NCBI RefSeq assembly: GCF_039654945.1
Contig: NW_027361684.1
Location: 84,754,001-84,818,000 of the forward strand
From: Dendrobates tinctorius
Lineage: Eukaryota
DNA: 64,000 nucleotides
Direction: 5' to 3'
Below, piece after piece: positions 1 through 11,799 of the stretch (positions within the stretch are counted from its first letter, which is position 1; every line of letters starts with the position of its first letter). The position numbers were made by a program, and so were the translations under genes. The notes under the pieces are model-generated. The model was given only the letters and a program-made list of their open reading frames with translations, had not been told where the DNA came from and did no database searches.

Positions 1-3000
1 AGGGGCTACCAACCCCACTGCAGCGCCAATTGTAGGGGCTACCAACCCCACTGCAGTACCAATAGTAGGGGCTACCAACCCCACTGCAGCGCCAATTATA
101 GGGGCTACCTACCCCACTGCAGCGCCAACTATAGGGGCTACCACCCACACTGCAGCGCCAATTATAGGGGTACCAACCCCACTGCAGCGCCAATTATAGG
201 GGCTACCACCCACACTGCAGCGCCAATTATAGGGGCCACCAACCCCACTGCAGCGCCAATTATAGGGGCTACCAACCCCACTGCAGCGCCAACAGTAGGG
301 GCTACCACCCACACTGCAGCGCCAATTATAGGGGCCACCAACCCCACTGCAGTACCAATAGTAGGGGCTACCAACCCCACTGCAGCGCCAATTATAGGGG
401 CTACCACCCACACTGCAGCGCCAATTATAGGGGCCACCAACCCCACTGCAGCGCCAATTATAGGGGCTACCAACCCCACTGCAGCGCCAATAGTAGGGGC
501 TACCAACCCCACTGCAGCGCCAATAGTAGGGGCTACCAACCCCACTGCAGCGCCAATTATAGGGGCTACCACCCACACTGCAGCACCAATAGTAGGGGCT
601 ACCAACCCCACTGCAGCGCCAATTATAGGGGCTACCACCCACACTGCAGCGCCAATTATAGGGGCTACCACCCACACTGCAGCGCCAATAGTAGGGGCTA
701 CCAACCCCACTGCAGCGCCAATAGTAGGGGCTACCAACCCCACTGCAGCGCCAATAGTAGAGGCTACCAACCCCACTGCAGTACCAATAGTAGGGGCTAC
801 CAACCCCACTGCAGCGCCAATTATAGGGGCTACCAACCCCACTGCAGCGCCAATTATAGGGGCTACCAACCCCACTGCAGCGCCAATTATAGGGGTACCA
901 ACCCCACTGCAGCGCCAATTATAGGGGCTACCACCCACACTGCAACGCCAATTATAGGGGCCACCAACCCCACTGCAGCGCCAATTATAGGGGCTACCAA
1001 CCCCACTGCAGCGCCAATAGTAGGGGCTACCAACCCCACTGCAGCGCCAATTGTAGGGGCTACCAACCCCACTGCAGTACCAATAGTAGGGGCTACCAAC
1101 CCCACTGCAGCGCCAATTATAGGGGCTACCACCCACACTGCAGCGCCAATAGTAGGGGCTACCAACCCCACTGCAGCGCCAATTATAGGGGCTACCAACC
1201 CCACTGCAGTGCCAATAGTAGGGGCTACCAACCCCACTGCAGCGCCAATTATAGGGGCTACCAACCCCACTGCAGTGCCAATAGTAGGGGCTACCAACCC
1301 CACTGCAGCGCCAATTATAGGGGTACCAACCCCACTGCAGCGCCAATTATAGGGGCTACCAACCCCACTGCAACGCCAATTATAGGGGCCACCAACCCCA
1401 CTGCAGCGCCAATTATAGGGGCTACCAACCCCACTGCAGCGCCAATAGTAGGGGCTACCAACCCCACTGCAGCGCCAATTGTAGGGGCTACCAACCCCAC
1501 TGCAGTACCAATAGTAGGGGCTACCAACCCCACTGCAGCGCCAATTATAGGGGCTACCACCCACACTGCAGCGCCAATAGTAGGGGCTACCAACCCCACT
1601 GCAGCGCCAATTATAGGGGCTACCAACCCCACTGCAGTGCCAATAGTAGGGGCTACCAACCCCACTGCAGCGCCAATTATAGGGGCTACCACCCACACTG
1701 CAGCGCCAATTATAGGGGCCACCAACCCCACTGCAGCGCCAATTATAGGGGCTACCAACCCCACTGCAGCGCCAATTATAGGGGCTACCAACCCCACTGC
1801 AGCGCCAATTATAGGGGCTACCAACCCCACTGCAGCGCCAATAGTAGGGGCTACCAACCCCACTGCAGCGCCAATAGTAGGGGCTACCAACCCCACTGCA
1901 GCGCCAATTATAGGGGCTACCAACCCCACTGCAGCGCCAATTATAGGGGCTACCACCCACACTGCAGCGCCAATAGTAGGGGCTACCAACCCCACTGCAG
2001 CGCCAATTGTAGGGGCTACCAACCCCACTGCAGTACCAATAGTAGGGGCTACCAACCCCACTGCAGCGCCAATTATAGGGGCTACCTACCCCACTGCAGC
2101 GCCAACTATAGGGGCTACCACCCACACTGCAGCGCCAATTATAGGGGTACCAACCCCACTGCAGCGCCAATTATAGGGGCTACCACCCACACTGCAGCGC
2201 CAATTATAGGGGCCACCAACCCCACTGCAGCGCCAATTATAGGGGCTACCAACCCCACTGCAGCGCCAACAGTAGGGGCTACCACCCACACTGCAGCGCC
2301 AATTATAGGGGCCACCAACCCCACTGCAGTACCAATAGTAGGGGCTACCAACCCCACTGCAGCGCCAATTATAGGGGCTACCACCCACACTGCAGCGCCA
2401 ATTATAGGGGCCACCAACCCCACTGCAGCGCCAATTATAGGGGCTACCAACCCCACTGCAGCGCCAATAGTAGGGGCTACCAACCCCACTGCAGCGCCAA
2501 TAGTAGGGGCTACCAACCCCACTGCAGCGCCAATTATAGGGGCTACCACCCACACTGCAGCACCAATAGTAGGGGCTACCAACCCCACTGCAGCGCCAAT
2601 TATAGGGGCTACCACCCACACTGCAGCGCCAATTATAGGGGCTACCACCCACACTGCAGCGCCAATAGTAGGGGCTACCAACCCCACTGCAGCGCCAATT
2701 ATAGGGGCTACCAACCCCACTGCAGCGCCAATTATAGGGGCTACCAACCCCACTGCAGCGCCAATTATAGGGATTACCACCTACACTGCAGCGCCAATTA
2801 TAGGGGCCACCAACCCCACTGCAGCGCCAATAGTAGGGGCTACCAACCCCACTGCAGCGCAAATTATAGGGGCTACCAACCCCACTGCAGCGCCAATTAT
2901 AGGGGCTACCAACCCCACTGCAGCGCCAATTATAGGGGCTACCACCCACACTGCAGCGCCAATTATAGGGGCCACCAACCCCACTGCAGCGCCAATAGTA

Positions 3001-5240
3001 GGGGCTACCAACCCCACTGCAGCGCCAATAGTAGGGGCTACCAACCCCACTGCAGCGCCAATAGTAGGGGCTACCAACCCCACTGCAGCACCAATTATAG
3101 GGGTTACCAACCCCACTGCAGCGCCAATTATAGGGGTTACCACCCACACTGCAGCGCCAATTATAGGGGCCACCAACCCCACTGCAGCGCCAATAGTAGG
3201 GGCTACCAACCCCACTGCAGCGCCAATAGTAGGGGCTACCAACCCCACTGCAGCGCCAATTATAGGGGCTACCAACCCCACTGCAGCACCAATTATAGGG
3301 GTTACCAACCCCACTGCAGCGCCAATTATAGGGGCTACCACCCACACTGCAGCGCCAATTATAGGGGCCACCAACCCCACTGCAGCGCCAATTATAGGGG
3401 CTACCAACCCCACTGCAGCGCCAATTATAGGGGTTACCACCTACACTGCAGCGCCAATTATAGGGGCCACCAACCCCACTGCAGCGCCAATAGTAGGGGC
3501 TACCAACCCTACTGCAGCGCCAATTATAGGGGCCACCAACCCCATTGCAGTGCAAATTATAGGGGCTACCAACCCCACTGCAGCGCCAATTATAGGGGCT
3601 ACCAACCCCACTGCAGCGCCAATTATAGGGGCTACCACCCACACTGCAGCGCCAATTATAGGGGCCACCAACCCCACTGCAGCGCCAATTATAGGGGCTA
3701 CCAACCCCACTGCAGCGCCAATTATAGGGGCTACCAACCCCACTGCAGCGCCAATAGTAGGGGCTACCAACCCCACTGCAGCGCCAATAGTAGGGGCTAC
3801 CAACCCCAATGCAGCGCCAATAGTAGGGGCTACCAACCCCACTGCAGCGCCAATAGTAGGGGCTACCAACCCCACTGCAGCGCCAATTATAGGGGCTACC
3901 AACCCCACTGCAGCACCAATTATAGGGGTTACCAACCCCACTGCAGCGCCAATTATAGGGGCTACCACCCACACTGCAGCGCCAATTATAGGGGCCACCA
4001 ACCCCACTGCAGCGCCAATTATAGGGGCTACCAACCCCACTGCAGCGCCAATTATAGGGGTTACCACCTACACTGCAGCGCCAATTATAGGGGCTACCAA
4101 CCCCACTGCAGCGCCAATTATAGGGGCTACCACCCACACTGCAGCGCCAATTATAGGGGCCACCAACCCCATTGCAGCGCAAATTATAGGGGCTACCAAC
4201 CCCACTGCAGCGCCAATTATAGGGGCCACCAACCCCACTGCAGCGCCAATTATAGGGGCTACCACCCACACTGCAGCGTCAATTATAGGGGCCACCAACC
4301 CCACTGCAGCGCCAATTATAGGGTCTACCAACCCCATTGCAGCGCAAATTATAGGGGCTACCAACCCCACTGCAGCGCCAATTATAGGGGCTACCACCCA
4401 CACTGCAGCGTTAATTAAAGGGGCCACCAACCCCACTGCAGCGCCAATTATAGGGGCTACCAACCCCACTGCAGCGCCAATTATAGGGGCTACCAACCCC
4501 ACTGCAGCGCCAATTATAGGGGCTATCAACCCCACTGCAGCGCCAATTATAGGGGCCACCAACCCCACTGCAGCGCCAATTATAGGGGCTACCAACCCCA
4601 CTGCAGCGCCAATTATAGGGGCTACCACCCACACTGCAGCGCCAATAGTAGGGGCCACCATCCCCACTGCAGTACCAATAGTAGGGGCCACCAACCCCAC
4701 TGCAGCACCAACAGTAGGGGCCTCCATCCCCACTGCAGCGTCAATAGTAGGGGCCACCAACCCCACTGCAGCGCCAATAGTAGGGGCCACCATCCCCACG
4801 GCAGCACCAATAGTAGGGGCCACCATCCCCACTGCAGCGCCAATTATAGGGGCTACCAACCCCACTGCAGCATCAATAGTAGGGGCCACCAACCCCACTG
4901 CAGCACCAATAGTAGGGACCACCATCCCCACAGCAGCACCAATAGTAGGGGCCACCATCCCCACTGCAGCGCCAATTATAGGGGCCACCAACCCCACTGC
5001 AGCGCCAATTATAGGGGCTACCAACCCCACTGCAGCGCCAATTATAGGGGCTACCAACCCCACTGCAGCGCCAATTATAGGGGCCACCAACCCCACTGCA
5101 GCGCCAATTATAGGGGCTACCAACCCCACTGCAGCGCCAATTATAGGGGCTACCAACCCCACTGCAGCTCTAATTATAGGGGCTTCCATCTGTACTGCAG
5201 CACCAATTAATAGGGGCTTCCACATATAATGCAGTACCAA
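1..5240. repeat. 33-bp minisatellite, about 158 units, truncated by the window start
   Basis: Unit aggggctaccaaccccactgcagcgccaattat with recurring variants; degenerates after about 4650. Confidence 0.97.
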
Positions 5241-5618
5241 CTATTAGGCCGGCGTCACACTAGAGAGGAATACGGACGAGTGAGAGGTGTTAAAAAAACG
5301 CATTGCACACGGACCAATGATTCTCTATGGGGTAGCTCCAATCAGCCGTATTTTTCTCTCGTATTTTCTACGGTTCGTGCCAATCGCAGCATGCTGCAAT
5401 TGTCAGCATATTATGACCGTAGTACGCCAATGCAAGGCTATGGGTGCGCAAAAAAAAAGCATTACACACGGACCACCCGTGTGACTTGCGAGAAATACGC
5501 AAGACTTCTCCTGGTGACAGGAAATTGGCCAATCCATCATCGGGAAGCTTAAACATGCAAATGAGCTCAAAAAGCGCTCCAGACATCCAGGAAGTACGCC
5601 TCCACGGAGTACAGCATC

Positions 5619-5805
5619 ATGGCACCCTACCAGAATCTGAATGTGGAGCTGCTAATTGTTCTTGTGCCGGATCGCCCGGAATTATGGGACCAACAGGATG
5701 CACATTATGCCGACCGGACAAGAAAGGAGGCTGCATGGAGGCGCATATGTCGCAAAATGTTCCCTGATTTTGGTGATCGGCCACGTGAGGAGCAGCAGCA
5801 CATAA
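5619..5805 (+). pseudogene. Myb/SANT (MADF)-like Harbinger ORF, first exon remnant
   Basis: VELLIVLVPDRPELWDQQDAHYADRTRKEAAWRRIC fits the MADF pattern; followed by a gtatgt donor. Confidence 0.78.
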
Positions 5806-5827
5806 GTATGTGCACATAAATTATGTA

Positions 5828-6305
5828 CAGTCATATGTTAAAGTTTGGGCACCCCTATTAATGTGAACCTTTTTTCTTTATAACAATTTTAGTTTTTGCA
5901 ACAGCTATTTCAGTTTCATATATCTAATAACTGATGGACTCAGTTATATTTCTGGATTCAAATGAGGTTTATTGTACTAACAGAAAATATGCAATCTGCA
6001 TTTAAACAAAATTTGACCGGTGCAAAAGTATGGGCACCTCAACATAAAAGTGACATTAATATTTCGTAGATCCTCCTTTTGCAAAAATAACAGCCTCTAG
6101 TCGCTTCCTTTAGCTATTAATGAGTTCCTGGATGAAGGTATTTGTGACCATTCCTGTTTACAAAACAATTCCAGTTCAGTTAAGTTTGATGGTCGCCGAG
6201 CATGGACAGCCCGCTTCAAATCATCCCACAGATGTTCAATGATATTCAGGTCTGGGGACTGGGATGGCCATTCCAGAACATTGTAATTGTTCCTCTGCAT
6301 GAATT
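5828..6305 (-). mobile_element. Tc1/mariner 3' fragment inside the Harbinger element
   Basis: ta|cagtcatatgttaaagtttgggcacccc terminus; encodes VLEWPSQSPDLNIIEHLWDDLKRAV (Tc1 WPxxSPDLN motif). Confidence 0.88.
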
Positions 6306-6467
6306 CCACAATCACTACGTGATATTCAGTACATATTACACATAACATTCTGGTCTGTAAGTTTATATATCTGGAATAAGATGAGGGCATTAAACTTCGG
6401 ACCAAATAATAAACATACTTTGGGCAACACATCATGAACATAGAGAATGTGGTTGTGTAGTACATAC

Positions 6468-6720
6468 CGTATTGTGAGTAGAAGTCGCTCCTCTGCAGGT
6501 ATAGCTTTGCGCATCCTTGTGTCCTGAAAGGTTATCCCAGGGCGCACTGTCTCCAAGAGTCGATCAAATGTGGCAATGCTCATGCAAGTTTTTGTAAAAT
6601 TTTTCCGGATGATCCCGCAGAGAAGAATGGAGGGGCTGAAAATGACCTCTTGTGAGTCGTTGCCTCAAAAGTGGATGTACCCACATGCGTCTCCTCCTCC
6701 GCGGATCCACTATCACTGGG
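6468..6720 (-). pseudogene. Harbinger DDE transposase N-terminal remnant, frameshifted
   Basis: RRRMWVHPLLRQRLTRGHF...DHPEKF, then a frame change to MSIATFDRLL...QDTRMRKAIPAEERLLLTIR followed by a gtatgt donor. Confidence 0.82.
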
Positions 6721-7399
6721 TATGGCTGGCCAAAGCGCCTGGACAAAACCCAGTTGAAGAGAACATGGTCTGTTGGGGTGAACTGAAGTGTGTCAGACAT
6801 GTTTGCTAACAACAAGCAAGACCCCCACACAAGCAGAGCACCAAAATGGGAAGATTGGAGGCTGCCACCTGATGTTGAGGCAATAAATAGGGTTGGTGCT
6901 GATGATTTAAATTTTGTGCAGGCCTCAAAACCGTTAAATGCAAGCCTGCGAGAAAAAAAACGGGATTCGGATGCCATACGGATTACATACGGATGCTTAC
7001 ATGAGAAAAATATGCGGCCACACCCTGACAACGGATGACATACGGAGCACTATTGAGAGACCATTTATGCGTATTACGGACGTAAAATACGGTCCGAATT
7101 TTTCTACCTTGTGTGTGACTCCAGCCTTAGGGTTTTACACCTATACTGCAACATCAATCGTTAGGGGTTTACATCCATTATAGTGCAGCAGGGATAATTA
7201 AGCAGCAATGATTATCAGGGGCTTCCATGTATGACAGTGCAGCAAGGATTATTAGGGCTGAGGGCATTAGGGTATGTTCACACGTATGCGTTTTTTGCGG
7301 TTTTACCAAATAAAATACTTTAAAAAACGCTTAAAAGAAGCATCCCATTCATTTTAATGAATTCCGCACTTTTTGTGCATATTGATGCGTTTTTTCCCG

Positions 7400-8280
7400 C
7401 AGGGATTATCAGGACTGCTGTGTATTATGGTATAGCAGGGATTATCAAGGCTGCTGTGTATTACGGTACAGCAGGGATTATCAAGGCTGCTGTGTATTAC
7501 GGTACAGCAGGGATTATCAGGGCTGCCGTGTATTACGGTACAGCAGGGATTATCAGGGCTGCCGTGTATTACGGTACAGCAGGGATTATCAGGGCTGCCG
7601 TGTATTACGGTACGGCAGGGATTATCAGGGCTGCCGTGTATTATGGTATAGCAGGGATTATCAAGGCTGCTGTGTATTACGGTACAGCAGGGATTATCAG
7701 GGCTGCCGTGTATTACGGTACAGCAGGGATTATCAGGGCTGCCGTGTATTACGGTACAGCAGGGATTTTCAGGGGCTGCAGTGTATTACGGTACAGCAGG
7801 GATTATCAGGGCTGCAGTGTATTACGGTATAGCAGGGATTATCAGGGCTGCTGTGTATTACGGTACAGCAAGGATTATCAGGGGCTGCAGTGTATTACGG
7901 TACAGCGGGGATTATCAGGGCTGCAGTGTATTACGGTACAGCGGGGATTATCAGGGCTGCAGTGTATTACGATAGTATTACGGTACAGCGGGGATTATCA
8001 GGGCTGCAGTGTATTACGGTACAGCGGGGATTATCAGGGCTGCAGTGTATTACGGTACAGCGGGGATTATCAGGGGCTGCCGTGTATTACGGTACAGCAG
8101 GGATTATCAGGGCTGCAGTGTATTACGGTTCAGCACTGATTATCAGGGGCTGCAGTGTATTACGCTACAGCAGGGATTATCAGGGCTGCAGTGTATTACG
8201 GTTCAGCAGGGATTATCAGGGCTGCTGTGTATTATGGTACAGCAGGGATTACGGTACAGCAGGGATTATCAGGGCTGCCT
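7400..8280. repeat. 36-bp minisatellite, about 24 units
   Basis: Unit cagggattatcagggctgccgtgtattacggtacag. Confidence 0.95.
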
Positions 8281-8319
8281 CATCTCGGTATAATCTGCCG
8301 TGTAATAGTCGGGGTATTA

Positions 8320-8833
8320 GGCTGCTTTCACACATCAGGTTTTTTCTGACAGGCAAGAGTCGGCTATTTGTTAAAAAACCGAATCCGGCGAAAGCTGCTG
8401 CTGGATCCAGTTTTCTCTTATTGAATTGTATAAGCGCTGGATCGTGCCGCATGTGCTTCCGTTTCTTCCGATTTTCGCCGGATCCAGCTAAATGTTTCAC
8501 TCTGGCTTCTGGAAAAAATGTCTCTAGTAACGTTTTTTGTCTGCGGTGAAAAACAGGACAGCGCTTTCGCTTTTTTGCTATAATGGAAGCCTGTGGGCGA
8601 GGGAATGCGCTGGATCCGGAAAAAGATGTATCCGGCCACCGGATCCGTTTTTTTAAGTCTGCGCATGCTCAGATCCAATTGGCCAGCCCCCAGGAAACAT
8701 ATAAACCTGCTAGACGGATCTGGCAGGAAAACGGATCCGTTTCTTCAGTTCTTCAAAATTTACGCCGGATCCAGTTTTTTAACAAATAGATGGATCCTGC
8801 CTGTTGGAAAAAACCTGATGTGTGAAAGTAGCC
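8320..8833. mobile_element. TTA-flanked palindromic MITE (Harbinger/Tourist-like)
   Basis: ggctgctttcacacatcagg...cctgatgtgtgaaagtagcc with long imperfect inverted arms; TTA on both sides. Confidence 0.85.
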
Positions 8834-8836
8834 TTA

Positions 8837-9125
8837 GGCCAGGTTCACATAGCGTTAACACAGCCTGTTCAACGCATAGCATTGACGGGCTGCGTTAACG
8901 CTATAGCATAACGAGATATGCGTTATGCTATACCTCTTGCGCTGATGCTTCATCAGCGCTGGCGGTGACAGAGCCTCAGACGCTGTAGCCCGCGTACGAG
9001 GCTCCGTCAGTGAATGACGGCACGTCGCGAACGCGTGCCGCTTTACGGCATACGTTGCGATGCGCCACATAATAGGGGTCTATGGCAGCGTTAATGGACT
9101 GCCATAACGCAGTGTGACCCCGGCC
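8837..9125. mobile_element. TTA-flanked MITE abutting the previous element
   Basis: ggccaggttcacatagcgtta...taacgcagtgtgaccccggcc; TTA at 8834-8836 and 9126-9128. Confidence 0.78.
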
Positions 9126-9579
9126 TTAGGATAATAATTCCCATCCGCTGTCTGGTGACGGATTGCTCACGGACTGTCCAGTCCGTACAATAGAAGGCAC
9201 ATTCCGGACTGCGCCTGCCAATCACTGAGCTCCAGGAAAGATACACAACGATCCATGGAAGTGATCGGGCGATTGATGAAGATCCAGCAGAACGTAGCAG
9301 GTGTAGAGAGACGGAACGGAATGATCACTGACAAGTGTCCGCTCCTCTCCGTGGGAAAGCTGGGTGACAGCTCCTATAGCCTCCGATGCTGGTCCTATTA
9401 CCGCGATCCTTCACACAACCTTCCCAAGTACAATGTCATACAGGGAGCGGGCACCGGGCTGTACCGGCTGCACACTGACACTGCTCTTGCGGGGTACATG
9501 GCTCATCGCAGGGCGAGCTGTCTGCACGGCTCAGATCATGTGCTAATAATCTTACACCAGTAATGACCATGTGGAGCTG

Positions 9580-10620
9580 TGCCCGGCTCAGTACTAGGCT
9601 CAGTGTCGGTGCCGGGCTCAGTACTGGGCTCAGTGCCAGTGTCGGGCTCAGTGTCGGTGCCGGGCTCAGTACTGGGCTCAGTGCCAGTGTCGGGCTCAGT
9701 GTCGGTGCCGGGCTCAGTACTGGGCTCAGTGCCGGTGTCGGGCTCAGTGTTGGTGCCAGGCTCAGTACTGGGCTCAGTGTCGGTGCCGGGCTCAGTACTG
9801 GGCTCAGTGTCGGTGCAGGGCTCAGTACTGGGCTCAGTGTCGATGCCGGGCTCAGTGTCGGTGCCGGGCTCAGTACTGGGCTCAGTGTCGATGCCGGGCT
9901 CAGTACTGGGCTCAGTGCCAGTGTCGGGCTCAGTGTCGGTGCCGGGCTCAGTACTGGTGCCAGGCTCAGTACTGGGCTCAGTGTCGGTGCCGGGCTCAGT
10001 ACTGGGCTCAGTGTCGGGCTCAGTGTTGGTGCCAGGCACAGTACTGGGCTCAGTGTCGGTGCAGGGCTCAGTACTGGGCTCAGTGTCGGTGCCGGGCTCA
10101 GTACTGGGCTCAGTGTCGGTGCCGGGCTCAGTACTGGGCTCAGTGTCGGTGCCGGGCTCAGTACTGGGCTCAGTGTCGGTGCCGGGCTCAGTACTGGGCT
10201 CAGTGTCGATGCCGGGCTCAGTACTGGCCTCAGTGTCGATGCCGGGCTCAGTACTGGGCTCAGTGCCAGTGTCGGGCTCAGTGTCGGTGCCGGGCTCAGT
10301 ACTGGTGCCAGGCTCAGTACTGGGCTCAGTGTCGGGCTCAGTGTTGGTGCCAGGCTCAGTACTGGGCTCAGTGTCGGTACAGGGCTCAGTACTGGGCTCA
10401 GTGTCGGTGCCGGGCTCAGTACTGGGCTCAGTGTCGATGCCGGGCTCAGTACTGGGCTCAGTGTCGATGCCGGGCTCAGTACTGGGCTCAGTGTCGATGC
10501 CGGGCTCAGTACTGGGCTCAGTGTCGGTGCCGGGCTCAGTACTGGGCTCAGTGCCGGTTGCCAGGCTCCGTACTGGGCTCAGTGTCGGTTGCTGGGCTCA
10601 GTACTGGGCTCGGTGCCGGG
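9580..10620. repeat. Compound minisatellite of 12- and 18-bp subunits (dominant period 30 bp)
   Basis: gggctcagtact + gggctcagtgtcggtgcc. Confidence 0.95.
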
Positions 10621-11799
10621 CTCCTCAGTAGGCAGTGCTTCTCTGCACACCAGGATATTGCAGCCTGGGAGTGCGCAGCGAGCGCAGGTTTCCTTTCTTC
10701 TGCCTCGTCTCTCGGGGAGCGCTTGTATTCGGGTATATACGGTATTCTCCGCGTTCACATTCTCGAGTCTCGGAGCAGCGAGGAAGTTCAAGGATTGTGC
10801 GAATGCAAATTGCGCTGTAGCGATCTCCGCGGATCGGGGGCACAGTGTATGGCCTGTGGAGGGCTCACGTTTGGCAGGAAGGCCAGCAGCCCGGAGATGA
10901 GTCTCATCGCTCGTAAGGCTGAGGAGCCGTATCTCCAGCCATCGCAGTCAATATTCCTGCAATTATTAATATTCCTGTGAAAACGCAGCTAGGCTCCATT
11001 ATCAGTGATGGGGGCTGCATCTGGGGGAAACCGGCGGATCTGAACAGAGCCCGAGGACAGTCGGGTCTTTTAGGGCTCGTCCAGAGCAGCCTGTTACCTG
11101 CCGTGTGCTGCACTGGTGCCGATGGGCGATCTCTCTGAGGGCCAGCTGGTTTTCACATGACATCCCTACCTGTAATAGTTAATGGAGCCAATCACATGCG
11201 TCCGGAAAACAGCGGAGACGTGACCCTCCGAGCAAAACCGGCAATGAAAGTCAATGGGCCGCAATCGGATGGCATCTGAGAGCACACAGATGAATGGCAG
11301 GGCAGCCTTCCATGTGTGACCCCTGCGGTAGTTACAAGCCTTTGGCCCCTTCAGGCTCAATATTGGCAGCGGTCCTGGCAGCCAGAAATAATTTCATACC
11401 CTGGCAGTGCCCATGTGAGAGCGCGTGCCCCCGGTGATGGTGCATCTCTAGCACCAGAGCTGGAGTCCTTAGCTATGGGTGGTCGTGCTTCCGCCCCCAC
11501 AGATCTGATCGGACAGAAGCAGCGCCACAATGACTGGCTGCAGCGGTGCCGTGCAGAACGGAGGCCATACCACCCACGAGTTTCCCAAGTGACGCAGACA
11601 CGAGGCCCCAGCGGATCCACGAGCACAGGCACGAGAAGCAGTGCCACACGGCGCTGCGTGGAACAATTCCGCCACGTGAAAATTCGAGCTGTAAACGATC
11701 GCCCCGATATGTGCACCGTGACGTGTCCTGCGTGGGACTGGTGGAGGCAGCGTGACAAGAGATCATATGTGACCTGTATGGCCTGCTCTCATCGGAGGG

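Larger units (their letters stand above)
5247..7126. mobile_element. Decayed PIF/Harbinger transposon
   Basis: TTA on both flanks; TIRs GGCCGGCGTCACAC / GTGTGACTCCAGCC (12/14 match); contains MADF-like and transposase remnants. Confidence 0.85.

Noticed and set aside
109-5240. Long ORFs of (TAAPIIGATNP)n, (PYNWRCSGVGS)n and (IIGAAVGLVAP)n resembling mucin or antifreeze proteins
   Set aside because: They arise from a 33-bp stop-poor unit that is open on both strands. Propagated 1-bp deletions break the frame, and no signal peptide or unique domain is visible.
5619-6720. Domesticated HARBI1/NAIF1-like host genes
   Set aside because: Truncated, frameshifted, interrupted by a Tc1 fragment and still enclosed by TIRs and TSDs.
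7120-7275. Scattered TTAGGG suggesting interstitial telomere repeats
   Set aside because: Isolated hexamers produced by TTA target sites or degenerate array units; no tandem run.
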